Part shown: in pieces, positions 8,875-16,174 of the stretch
Layout of the letters: every line of letters starts with the position of its first letter
Position numbering within the stretch: position 1 is the stretch's first letter
Source: an uncultured virus (IMG/VR IMGVR_UViG_3300008339_000030)
Lineage: Duplodnaviria; Heunggongvirae; Uroviricota; Caudoviricetes
IMG/VR virus record: IMGVR_UViG_3300008339_000030
Location: 58,531-78,530 of that record
Length of the DNA stretch: 20,000 nt
Strand: one strand, 5' to 3'
Position numbers and translations under genes: made by a program
Notes under the pieces: model-generated
What the model saw: only the letters and a program-made list of their open reading frames with translations
Database searches by the model: none
What the model was told of the DNA's origin: nothing

Positions 8875-10167
8875 ATGTTTTTATCAGAATCATTACAAAA
8901 GAAGTGGGCTCCAGTTCTAGAACACGGATCCCTACCAGCCATCAAAGACAACTACAAGAAGGCTGTTACTGCCGTTATTCTTGAAAACCAAGAAAAGGCA
9001 TTGCGCGAAGAAAAGCAAGCATTGTTCGAAGCTGTTCCAGTTAACAACATTGCTGGCTCAGGATCAACCGAAATTGACCGTTACGACCCAATCTTAATTT
9101 CATTGGTTCGTCGTTCACTTCCAAACTTGATGGCCTATGACGTAGCCGGCGTACAACCAATGACTGGTCCAACTGGCCTCATCTTCGCCATGAAGTCACG
9201 TTATTCAACCCAAGATGGTGCAGAAGCATTATTCAATGAAGCTGATACCGACTTCTCAGGCACAGGCACACACGAAGGTACAAACCCAGTTGATGGCACA
9301 TACACATACGGCACAGGCTTAACAACAGCAGCAGCTGAAGCTCTAGGCACAGGCGGTATGGCTGGTGACTTCAACGAAATGGCTTTCAGTATCGAAAAGA
9401 CAACTGTAACAGCCAAGTCACGTGCATTGAAGGCCGAATACACAGTTGAATTAGCACAAGACTTGAAGGCAATTCACGGTCTTGATGCAGAAAGTGAATT
9501 ATCAAACATTCTTTCACAAGAAATTCTTGCTGAAATGAACCGTGAAGTAATTCGTACTATCTACAAGGTTGCTAAGCCAGGTGCTGCTTCAACAGCAACA
9601 GCAGGTACATTCGACCTTGACGTTGACTCAAACGGTCGTTGGTCAGTAGAACGCTTCAAGGGCTTGATGTTCCAAATCGAACGCGATGCAAACGTAATCG
9701 CACAAGAAACTCGTCGTGGACGCGGTAACTTCATCGTCTGTTCATCAGACGTTGCAGCAGCTCTTGCCATGACAGGTAAGTTGGATTACACACCTGCTCT
9801 TTCAGGCAACGACGGCATCTCAATGGATGACACAGGCAACACATTCGCAGGTACATTGAATGGTCGCTTCAAGGTGTTCATTGATCCATACTCAGCCAAC
9901 ACAAACTCAGCTTCACAATTCGTAGTAGTTGGTTATAAGGGTTCAAATGCATATGACGCAGGTATCTTCTACTGCCCATACGTTCCATTACAAATGGTAC
10001 GTGCCATTGACCCATCTTCATTCCAACCCAAGATTGGATTCAAGACACGTTACGGCATGATTGCAAATCCATTCGTAACACAAGCCAACGGTACAACTGA
10101 CGGCGATACATTCACCGCTAACCGTAATCACTACTATCGTCGCTTGAAGGTCACAAACCTTCTATAA
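8875..10167 (+). CDS. gp23: Major capsid protein
   Basis: KKWAPVL, ILENQE, DPILISLVRR, GVQPMTGPTGLIFAM, AKSRALKAEYTVELAQDLKAIHGLDAE, FYCPYVPL and FQPKIGFKTRYG. Confidence 0.99.
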   Translation: MFLSESLQKKWAPVLEHGSLPAIKDNYKKAVTAVILENQEKALREEKQALFEAVPVNNIAGSGSTEIDRYDPILISLVRRSLPNLMAYDVAGVQPMTGPTGLIFAMKSRYSTQDGAEALFNEADTDFSGTGTHEGTNPVDGTYTYGTGLTTAAAEALGTGGMAGDFNEMAFSIEKTTVTAKSRALKAEYTVELAQDLKAIHGLDAESELSNILSQEILAEMNREVIRTIYKVAKPGAASTATAGTFDLDVDSNGRWSVERFKGLMFQIERDANVIAQETRRGRGNFIVCSSDVAAALAMTGKLDYTPALSGNDGISMDDTGNTFAGTLNGRFKVFIDPYSANTNSASQFVVVGYKGSNAYDAGIFYCPYVPLQMVRAIDPSSFQPKIGFKTRYGMIANPFVTQANGTTDGDTFTANRNHYYRRLKVTNLL

Positions 10168-10186
10168 TCGAAGTAGCAGATGAAAC

Positions 10187-10225
10187 AGGAAAGGGAGAGG
10201 CTGAAAAGTCTCTCCCAATCCTTTT
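10187..10225. terminator. Intrinsic terminator-like hairpin after gp23, possibly bidirectional
   Basis: GGGAGAGGCT-GAAA-AGTCTCTCCC (10193-10216; 10-bp stem with one G-U pair, GNRA loop), followed by AATCCTTTT on + and TTTCCTGTTT on -. Confidence 0.8.
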
Positions 10226-10281
10226 GCTATATACTTGTATACTTTCTCAGGAGTAGGGAGTATATAGCTGTTTTATAGTAT

Positions 10282-10289
10282 CATAAATA
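10282..10289 (+). promoter_or_regulatory. Late promoter variant CATAAATA upstream of gp3
   Basis: 7/8 match to TATAAATA, downstream of the gp23 terminator and upstream of a late gene. Confidence 0.7.
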
Positions 10290-10317
10290 GTATTATCAAT
10301 TCATCCCAGACATAGTG

Positions 10318-10346
10318 AGTTTAACACTCTGTCAAGTGCCAGTCAA
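10318..10346 (-). promoter_or_regulatory. Candidate antisense sigma70-type promoter TTGACT-N17-TAAACT
   Basis: -35 at 10346-10341, 17-nt spacer, -10 at 10323-10318; points back toward the gp23 terminator. Confidence 0.45.
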
Positions 10347-10362
10347 GAGAGATAGGTGAAAC

Positions 10363-10959
10363 ATGTCAACCGAAATCACAGAAGCAAAATGGACTAATCG
10401 TCAACCTGAGGAACTAGATTTTCTACGTCCCAATGGCTTTCGTTTCATGATTCAAAGTCTGCCGAAAGTAACATACTTTTGTCAGGCAGCAAACATTCCG
10501 TCCATGAATTTAGGTGTAGCAAAACAACCCACGCCATTGATTGATATCCCAAAGCCAGGTGAAAAACTTGACTTCGGTGAACTCACCATTCGTTTCATGA
10601 TTCAGGAAGACATGGCAAATTACATTGAATTGTACAACTGGATGATTGCTTTAGGTTTCCCAGAGAACCATAAACAATTTCAAAAGAGATTCGCGGATCA
10701 AGCATTCCGAACACCTGAAATCAATAACCAAGATGTGGGTACACAACGTAGAACTGACCTACCGGAATATAGTGATGCCACATTAATGGTATTGAATTCC
10801 AGTGACCTCCCAATCGTTCGGTTAAACTTCATAGATTGTTTCCCCATCTCGTTATCTGGATTGGATTTCGATGTATCAACAGGAAACACACAATACTTTG
10901 TAGGCAACGCCGTCTTTAAATATCGCATGTTCACGGTGGAGTCTTTATTGACTACTTGA
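10363..10959 (+). CDS. gp3: Tail completion / sheath stabilizer (tail tube terminator)
   Basis: FLRPNGFRF..LPKVTYFCQAANIP, PGEKLDFGELTIRFMIQEDMANYIELYNWM, SDATLMVL and FIDCFPISLSGLDF; gp23-gp3-uvsY-uvsW synteny. Confidence 0.9.
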   Translation: MSTEITEAKWTNRQPEELDFLRPNGFRFMIQSLPKVTYFCQAANIPSMNLGVAKQPTPLIDIPKPGEKLDFGELTIRFMIQEDMANYIELYNWMIALGFPENHKQFQKRFADQAFRTPEINNQDVGTQRRTDLPEYSDATLMVLNSSDLPIVRLNFIDCFPISLSGLDFDVSTGNTQYFVGNAVFKYRMFTVESLLTT

Positions 10960-10984
10960 CAAATGTAGTTGTACTGTGTATGTT
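10956..10984 (+). promoter_or_regulatory. Sigma70-type early promoter TTGACA-N17-TATGTT upstream of uvsY
   Basis: Perfect -35 overlapping the gp3 stop, with a 17-nt spacer; shares ACTTGACAAAT with the queE promoter. Confidence 0.7.
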
Positions 10985-11011
10985 ACATGATGTATTAACA
11001 AGTGAGGTGGT

Positions 11012-11452
11012 ATGAAGTTACAAGAAATACAGGACATGTGGACAGAAGATTGTAAAATTGACCAAACTAATTTAGGGCGTAGTGCCGCCCGTGTTCCTGA
11101 ACTTCACGCAAAATATCTCAACATGATGTCATCAGTCCGCCTTCAATATCGTAAGGCTGAGGCTGAATACCTTCGTATCCGAAAGTTGAAAGGTAGATAT
11201 TATCGTGGCGAACTCTCAAAAGAAGAACTTAGTGAATTGGGCTGGGAACAATATCTCAATGCGCGTCCATTAAAAAATGAAATGGATGATGTCATGAATA
11301 CTGACGATGATGTTATCCGCATGACGGATAAGTTGGAATATTTAAAAACTGTCATGTACCAATTGGAACAAATCATTAAAAGCATCAATAGTAGAACATG
11401 GGACATCAAGTCTGCTATTGAATGGTATAAGTTTACGAATGGTGGATTATGA
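11012..11452 (+). CDS. uvsY: Recombination mediator UvsY
   Basis: W.EDCKID, VPELHAKY, YYRG and I.SRTWDIKSAIEW.KF..G; GAGG RBS; ATGA overlap with uvsW. Confidence 0.92.
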   Translation: MKLQEIQDMWTEDCKIDQTNLGRSAARVPELHAKYLNMMSSVRLQYRKAEAEYLRIRKLKGRYYRGELSKEELSELGWEQYLNARPLKNEMDDVMNTDDDVIRMTDKLEYLKTVMYQLEQIIKSINSRTWDIKSAIEWYKFTNGGL

Positions 11453-12930
11453 GTGATGTTACCATTAGCAAGAAAGATGAGGTTTATCTTCATGTAGATG
11501 CCGATGCATCCATTCTACTTGAAATGAATGACTTCTTCACGTTTGCAGTTCCGGGTGCTCAATTCACACCCCAATATCGTGCAAAACTTTGGGACGGAAA
11601 AATTCGTCTACTAAGTTTGTTCACAAAGGAGTTATATGTAGGTCTTGCTCCTTATGTAAAAGAATTTTGTAAGTCAAACAATTATACACTTACAAATCAT
11701 TTACCTTCATATGCCGAAGATGTTGAACAAGCAAAACAATTCATTGCATCATTGAATTACCATTCAAATGGTAAGCCCGTTGATATTCGTGATTATCAAG
11801 AAGATGCTGTACTAGAATCCATTCATCGTGGACGAACACTTCTTCTTTCTCCTACTGCGTCAGGCAAAAGTTTAATCATTTATTCTTTGGTTCGTTGGCA
11901 TCAGACCCAAGGGCGCCGACAACTTATCATCGTTCCCACAACTTCTTTAGTCGAGCAATTGTATGGTGACTTTGCTGATTATGCTACAGCGTCGGATTGG
12001 AAAGTATCTGAAAACTGCACCCGCATTTATTCAGGTAAAGAAAAAGTTACAAACGTTCCTATTGTAATCTCCACGTGGCAGAGCATCTACAAGATGCCGA
12101 AAAGTTATTTTGAAAATTTTGATGTGGTATATGGTGATGAGTGCCATTTGTTTAAAGCCAAATCATTATCATCAATTCTACACAAATGCACCAAGGCACC
12201 TTTTAAGATAGGTACAACAGGAACATTGGATGGCACCAAGACACATCGTTTAGTATTAGAAGGATTGTTTGGTGCTGTTCATAAAGTAACAACCACAAAG
12301 AAGTTAATGGATACACAACAGCTTGCTGATTTAAAGATTCGTTGCTTACAGTTGGATTACAGTGATGAAGAAAAACAGTTGTGTAAGAAGTTCACCTATC
12401 AACAAGAATTAGATTGGTTAGTCACACACCCCAAGAGAAATAAATTTATACAAAATTTAGTGCTTGACCAAAAAGGAAATACTCTAGTATTATTCCAATA
12501 TGTTGAAAAACATGGTGAAGTATTGTTTGATATGCTCTCTGAAAAAGTTGAAAAGGGACGAGAGTTATTCTTTGTACACGGTGGAGTTGAAACTAAAGAT
12601 AGAGAAGCAGTTCGTGCCATTACAGAAAAATCTGAGAATGCCATTATTCTTGCGTCATATGGAACATTCTCTACGGGGATAAATATTAGAAATCTCCACA
12701 ACATTGTATTTGCTTCGCCCTCGAAATCTCGTATCAGAAATTTACAAAGTATTGGTCGCGGTCTTCGATTGGGAGAACAAAAAACAAGTTGTAAGTTGTA
12801 TGATATTGGAGATAACCTCTCATGGAAAACACATAAAAATTATACCCTACTTCATTTAATTGAACGTGTAAAAATTTACAATGAAGAAGGATTCAATTAT
12901 AAACTATTAACAATACCCTTACATGCATAG
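11449..12930 (+). CDS. uvsW: SF2 DNA helicase UvsW
   Basis: WDGKIRL, RDYQ, SPTASGKS (Walker A), DECH (motif II), GTTGT, STGINI and LQSIGRGLR. Confidence 0.97.
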   Translation: MSDVTISKKDEVYLHVDADASILLEMNDFFTFAVPGAQFTPQYRAKLWDGKIRLLSLFTKELYVGLAPYVKEFCKSNNYTLTNHLPSYAEDVEQAKQFIASLNYHSNGKPVDIRDYQEDAVLESIHRGRTLLLSPTASGKSLIIYSLVRWHQTQGRRQLIIVPTTSLVEQLYGDFADYATASDWKVSENCTRIYSGKEKVTNVPIVISTWQSIYKMPKSYFENFDVVYGDECHLFKAKSLSSILHKCTKAPFKIGTTGTLDGTKTHRLVLEGLFGAVHKVTTTKKLMDTQQLADLKIRCLQLDYSDEEKQLCKKFTYQQELDWLVTHPKRNKFIQNLVLDQKGNTLVLFQYVEKHGEVLFDMLSEKVEKGRELFFVHGGVETKDREAVRAITEKSENAIILASYGTFSTGINIRNLHNIVFASPSKSRIRNLQSIGRGLRLGEQKTSCKLYDIGDNLSWKTHKNYTLLHLIERVKIYNEEGFNYKLLTIPLHA

Positions 12931-13390
12931 TTACAACAAGTATAATGAGGGAACGTATTATAAGATTGTGAAATTGAAAACAGGAGAAACTATACTCTGT
13001 ACCATGAATCATGATGTTCGGTCGTTGGCATCTGAAACACATTTACAAATGAATGTTCCTGTACAGGTTATCCCTCACCAAGAAACACGACGCAATGGTC
13101 AAGTGATAGGCGAAAGTTTTGTTTTGCGTCCATGGATTGGATTAAGTGATAGTGATGAATTTACAATTAGTACTGACATTGTATTAACCATAGGAAGTTT
13201 AAAGAAAGAGGTACGTCAACAATATGTCAACTATATTGAACATACCATTGAAACACAAAAGCGCCAAGAAGAACAAATAGAACGTGAAGAAGCAGCAGAA
13301 AATTTATTACGTGAAATTACACCCGGTGAGTTATATTTTGTTGATGAACCTTTGAATATGGAAAATAACCATGACGAAAACCAAGAGTAA
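12923..13390 (+). CDS. Conserved hypothetical protein between uvsW and gp55 (Sm-like beta fold plausible)
   Basis: KIVKLKTGETILC...LRPWIGLSD..F.I...VL pattern and position match the ORF usually found here in aquatic T4-like phages; overlaps both neighbours. Start site uncertain. Confidence 0.7.
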   Translation: MHSYNKYNEGTYYKIVKLKTGETILCTMNHDVRSLASETHLQMNVPVQVIPHQETRRNGQVIGESFVLRPWIGLSDSDEFTISTDIVLTIGSLKKEVRQQYVNYIEHTIETQKRQEEQIEREEAAENLLREITPGELYFVDEPLNMENNHDENQE

Positions 13391-13982
13391 AACAAACAAT
13401 CATTACATAGATAATAAAAAGTTTCTACAAGCCTTAATAGATTATAAAGTAGAGGTACGTGAAGCAGAACAGAACAAAGAGGAACGTCCACAAGTTCCAG
13501 AATACATAGGCGACTGCTTCATTAAAATTGCCAATCATTTAGCCTATAAAAATAATTTCATTAATTACAGTTTCCGTGAGGATATGATTTTAGATGCCAT
13601 TGAAAATTGTCTCACATATATGGACAACTTCGATCCCGCGAAATCAAGCAATCCCTTTGCCTACTTCACACAAATTACCTATTATGCCTTTGTGCGAAGA
13701 ATTCAAAAAGAGAAGAAGCATCTACAAACCAAATATAAGTATATTGCTTCGTTAGATGTGGATAACATCATTCGTCAAGCTCATGACGAAGGCACACATA
13801 CAAATGAGTTCATTCGGTACTTGCAAAAGCAAGCTGATGCCGCCAACCAAGAATTAAGTGCCGACAAAGAAACGAAAAAGATTACACGTAAACCAAAATA
13901 TCTACAGGCACTTGATGACGATGTGGTGATTATTGAATCTGAGTATATTGATGTGGAAGAAGTGGATGAATATGATGAGTGA
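13371..13982 (+). CDS. gp55: Late transcription sigma factor
   Basis: HYIDNKKFL, YIGDCFIKIA.HL, NFINYSFREDMILDAIENCL.Y..NFDP.KS.NPFAYFTQI.YYAFVRRIQKEK. Confidence 0.96.
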   Translation: MTKTKSKTNNHYIDNKKFLQALIDYKVEVREAEQNKEERPQVPEYIGDCFIKIANHLAYKNNFINYSFREDMILDAIENCLTYMDNFDPAKSSNPFAYFTQITYYAFVRRIQKEKKHLQTKYKYIASLDVDNIIRQAHDEGTHTNEFIRYLQKQADAANQELSADKETKKITRKPKYLQALDDDVVIIESEYIDVEEVDEYDE

Positions 13983-13985
13983 AAC

Positions 13986-14014
13986 TTGACAAATACCTAA
14001 ATAGTCTGTAGATT
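13986..14014 (+). promoter_or_regulatory. Sigma70-type promoter TTGACA-N17-TAGATT heading the deazaguanine cluster, with late-like CCTAAATA (13996-14003) in its spacer
   Basis: Perfect -35, 17-nt spacer and a 4/6 -10 keeping TA...T; GGAG RBS at 14034-14037. Confidence 0.7.
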
Positions 14015-14043
14015 GTTATATAACTTTGTGATTGGAGTGTGAT

Positions 14044-14949
14044 ATGCGTATTCGTTACTCAGAAATTTTTTATTCATTTCAAGGTGAAGCTGAATTGGCA
14101 GGAACGCCTGCCGTTTGGTTACGTTTCTTTGGTTGTAATTTAAATTGTAGTGGATTCGGACAAAAGAATCCCACAGACCCATCTACATATGAATTACCAT
14201 TCGAAACATTCGATGTGGATTCTGTGAAGCATGTCAATGACCTTCCCGTGTGGAAGTTTGGGTGTGACTCATCCTATTCTTGGTCACAACGTTTCAAGCA
14301 TCTAGCGCACGATGCATCTCCCGAAGAAATTGCTGACCGTTTAGTTGAAGCCAACAAGAGCGAGCATAACCCACAAGGATTGTTCATTCATCCTGTAACA
14401 CAACAACCCATCATGCTATGCTTCACGGGCGGCGAACCCATGATGCAACAAAAGGCAATGATGGAAATTCTTCGTGTGTTGCGTGACAGAAATAATGCAC
14501 CACAACTTGTCACGGTGGAAACAAATGCCACACGCCCCTTGTCAGAAGAATTAAGAAAATTCATGTCATTTGAATTCCCATTCATGGGAAATGGTAAGGC
14601 GCGTTGGCATTGGTCAATGAGTCCAAAATTGTTCACGGTATCAGGTGAAGATAATGTGGTGAGTGCAGAACACATTCATGAATATTCACTTGCCAATGCT
14701 ACATCCATTTTGAAATTTGTGTGTAACGGGACAAAAGAAAATTGGGATGAACTTGACAATCACCTAAATAGAATTAGATTACTATGTGGGAGATACATGC
14801 CAGACGTATGGGTGATGCCTGTCGGCGCCACAAAGGATGCTCAAGAGGATCCGTATATTGGTGATTTGTGTATCGAAGCAATGAATCGTGGTTATAAAGT
14901 TGCCACACGAAATCATTGTTATGTCTTTGGCAACGTCATTGGGAGATAA
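14044..14949 (+). CDS. queE: 7-carboxy-7-deazaguanine synthase (radical SAM)
   Basis: EIFYSFQGE, G.PAVWLRFFGCNLNC...GCDS, FTGGEP, VETN and SMSPKL. Start placed at ATG 14044 because of the GGAG RBS. Confidence 0.93.
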   Translation: MRIRYSEIFYSFQGEAELAGTPAVWLRFFGCNLNCSGFGQKNPTDPSTYELPFETFDVDSVKHVNDLPVWKFGCDSSYSWSQRFKHLAHDASPEEIADRLVEANKSEHNPQGLFIHPVTQQPIMLCFTGGEPMMQQKAMMEILRVLRDRNNAPQLVTVETNATRPLSEELRKFMSFEFPFMGNGKARWHWSMSPKLFTVSGEDNVVSAEHIHEYSLANATSILKFVCNGTKENWDELDNHLNRIRLLCGRYMPDVWVMPVGATKDAQEDPYIGDLCIEAMNRGYKVATRNHCYVFGNVIGR

Positions 14950-14950
14950 T

Positions 14951-15652
14951 ATGAAGTCACAACATCGTTTTAACGCATCAGCTATTCGTTCTGCCATGGG
15001 CAAGACTGATCCTGAATTGGGATTACAGGTACATAAGCATCTTGTTGCTCAGGGTGTAGAGACACCTTTCATGCAGACGGAAGAATATAGTGACAAGAAG
15101 ATTAAGAAGATTGAAAAACATTTCACTGAAATCATGACAACTCTAGGTATGGATTTGACTGATGACAGTCTCCAAGATAGTCCTAAGCGTGTTGCCAAGA
15201 TGTTTGTGAATGAACTATTTTGGGGATTAGATTATGCAGCATTTCCGAAGTGTACTGCCATTGAGAATAAGATGGGGTATGATGAGATGGTTCTTGAAAA
15301 GAACATCACGGTGACTTCGGCATGTGAACATCACTTTGTCACTATTTCAGGTGTGGCACATGTTGCCTACATCCCGAAAAATAAGGTGTTGGGGTTGAGC
15401 AAGTTGAATCGTGTTGTTGAATATTTCTCACGCCGTCCTCAGGTTCAAGAGCGCCTTGCAGAACAAATTTATCATGCTCTGTCATTCATCCTTGACACGC
15501 CTGATGTAGCGGTTGTTATTGACGCCGAACATTTCTGTGTAAAGGCACGAGGTGTTGAGGATCCACATTCCAATACAATCACATCGAAGTTGGGTGGCGG
15601 ATTCAAGGAGAATCCTGCCCTTCGTTCAGAATTCATGCATCTCATCAAGTAA
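14951..15652 (+). CDS. folE: GTP cyclohydrolase I
   Basis: DSPKRVAKM, SACEHHF, AYIP, GLSKLNR, RPQVQERL and H.C...RG (zinc ligands intact). Start at ATG 14951 after GGGAG. Confidence 0.97.
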   Translation: MKSQHRFNASAIRSAMGKTDPELGLQVHKHLVAQGVETPFMQTEEYSDKKIKKIEKHFTEIMTTLGMDLTDDSLQDSPKRVAKMFVNELFWGLDYAAFPKCTAIENKMGYDEMVLEKNITVTSACEHHFVTISGVAHVAYIPKNKVLGLSKLNRVVEYFSRRPQVQERLAEQIYHALSFILDTPDVAVVIDAEHFCVKARGVEDPHSNTITSKLGGGFKENPALRSEFMHLIK

Positions 15653-15656
15653 TATC

Positions 15657-16172
15657 ATGTCAAGTGATATCAATGTAATGATTGACTTGGAAACCATGAG
15701 TACCGAGTCAAACGCAGCAATCGCCTCTATTGGTGCGGTAAAATTTTCTATCGAAGCAGGTGTGATAGATACATTTTACTGCACGGTAGATGTGGCTGAC
15801 TGTAAATTACAGGGATTACACATTTCTGCTGATACTGTGAAATGGTGGAGTAAGCAACCCAAGGAAGTATTAGAAATGCTTCGTGAAAATAATGTATCTC
15901 TGCGCGAAGCTCTTACAAAGTTTTCTCAATGGTATGGAACAGTACAATATCCTACATGGGGTTGTGGTTCTGATTTTGATAATGTCATTATGGAAAATGC
16001 CTATAAGGCAGTAAGTATGGTACGTCCTTGGAACGCCTGGAGAAACAGGTGCTATCGCACAATACGCGAAGTAATTAAATTACCAGAAGCTGAACGAACA
16101 GGCACATATCACAATGCACTTGATGATGCGTTACATCAGACACATCATCTACTTAAAATCTTTGGGAGCTAA
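15657..16172 (+). CDS. DEDDh 3'-5' exonuclease (DnaQ-like; DexA/Rv2179c-like)
   Basis: ExoI MIDLET, T..WW..Q, ExoII WGCGSDFD, RCYRT and ExoIII HNALDDA..Q. Start at ATG 15657. Confidence 0.88.
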   Translation: MSSDINVMIDLETMSTESNAAIASIGAVKFSIEAGVIDTFYCTVDVADCKLQGLHISADTVKWWSKQPKEVLEMLRENNVSLREALTKFSQWYGTVQYPTWGCGSDFDNVIMENAYKAVSMVRPWNAWRNRCYRTIREVIKLPEAERTGTYHNALDDALHQTHHLLKIFGS

Positions 16173-16174
16173 TA

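Noticed and set aside
10173..10230. Hammerhead ribozyme (CAGATGAAAC and CTGAAAAG segments)
   Set aside because: The CUGAnGA core and three-stem junction cannot be assembled; a terminator-type hairpin explains the sequence.
12678..12685. GATAAATA late-promoter-like box inside uvsW
   Set aside because: It encodes the conserved helicase motif GINI, so protein constraint explains it.
14888..15656. Longer ORF-track starts for folE (14888) and the exonuclease (15552); likewise queE (14032) and queD (18907)
   Set aside because: The folE, exonuclease and queD extensions overlap upstream genes, and the queE TTG overlaps its own RBS; the downstream ATGs fit RBS position, gene packing and domain boundaries better.
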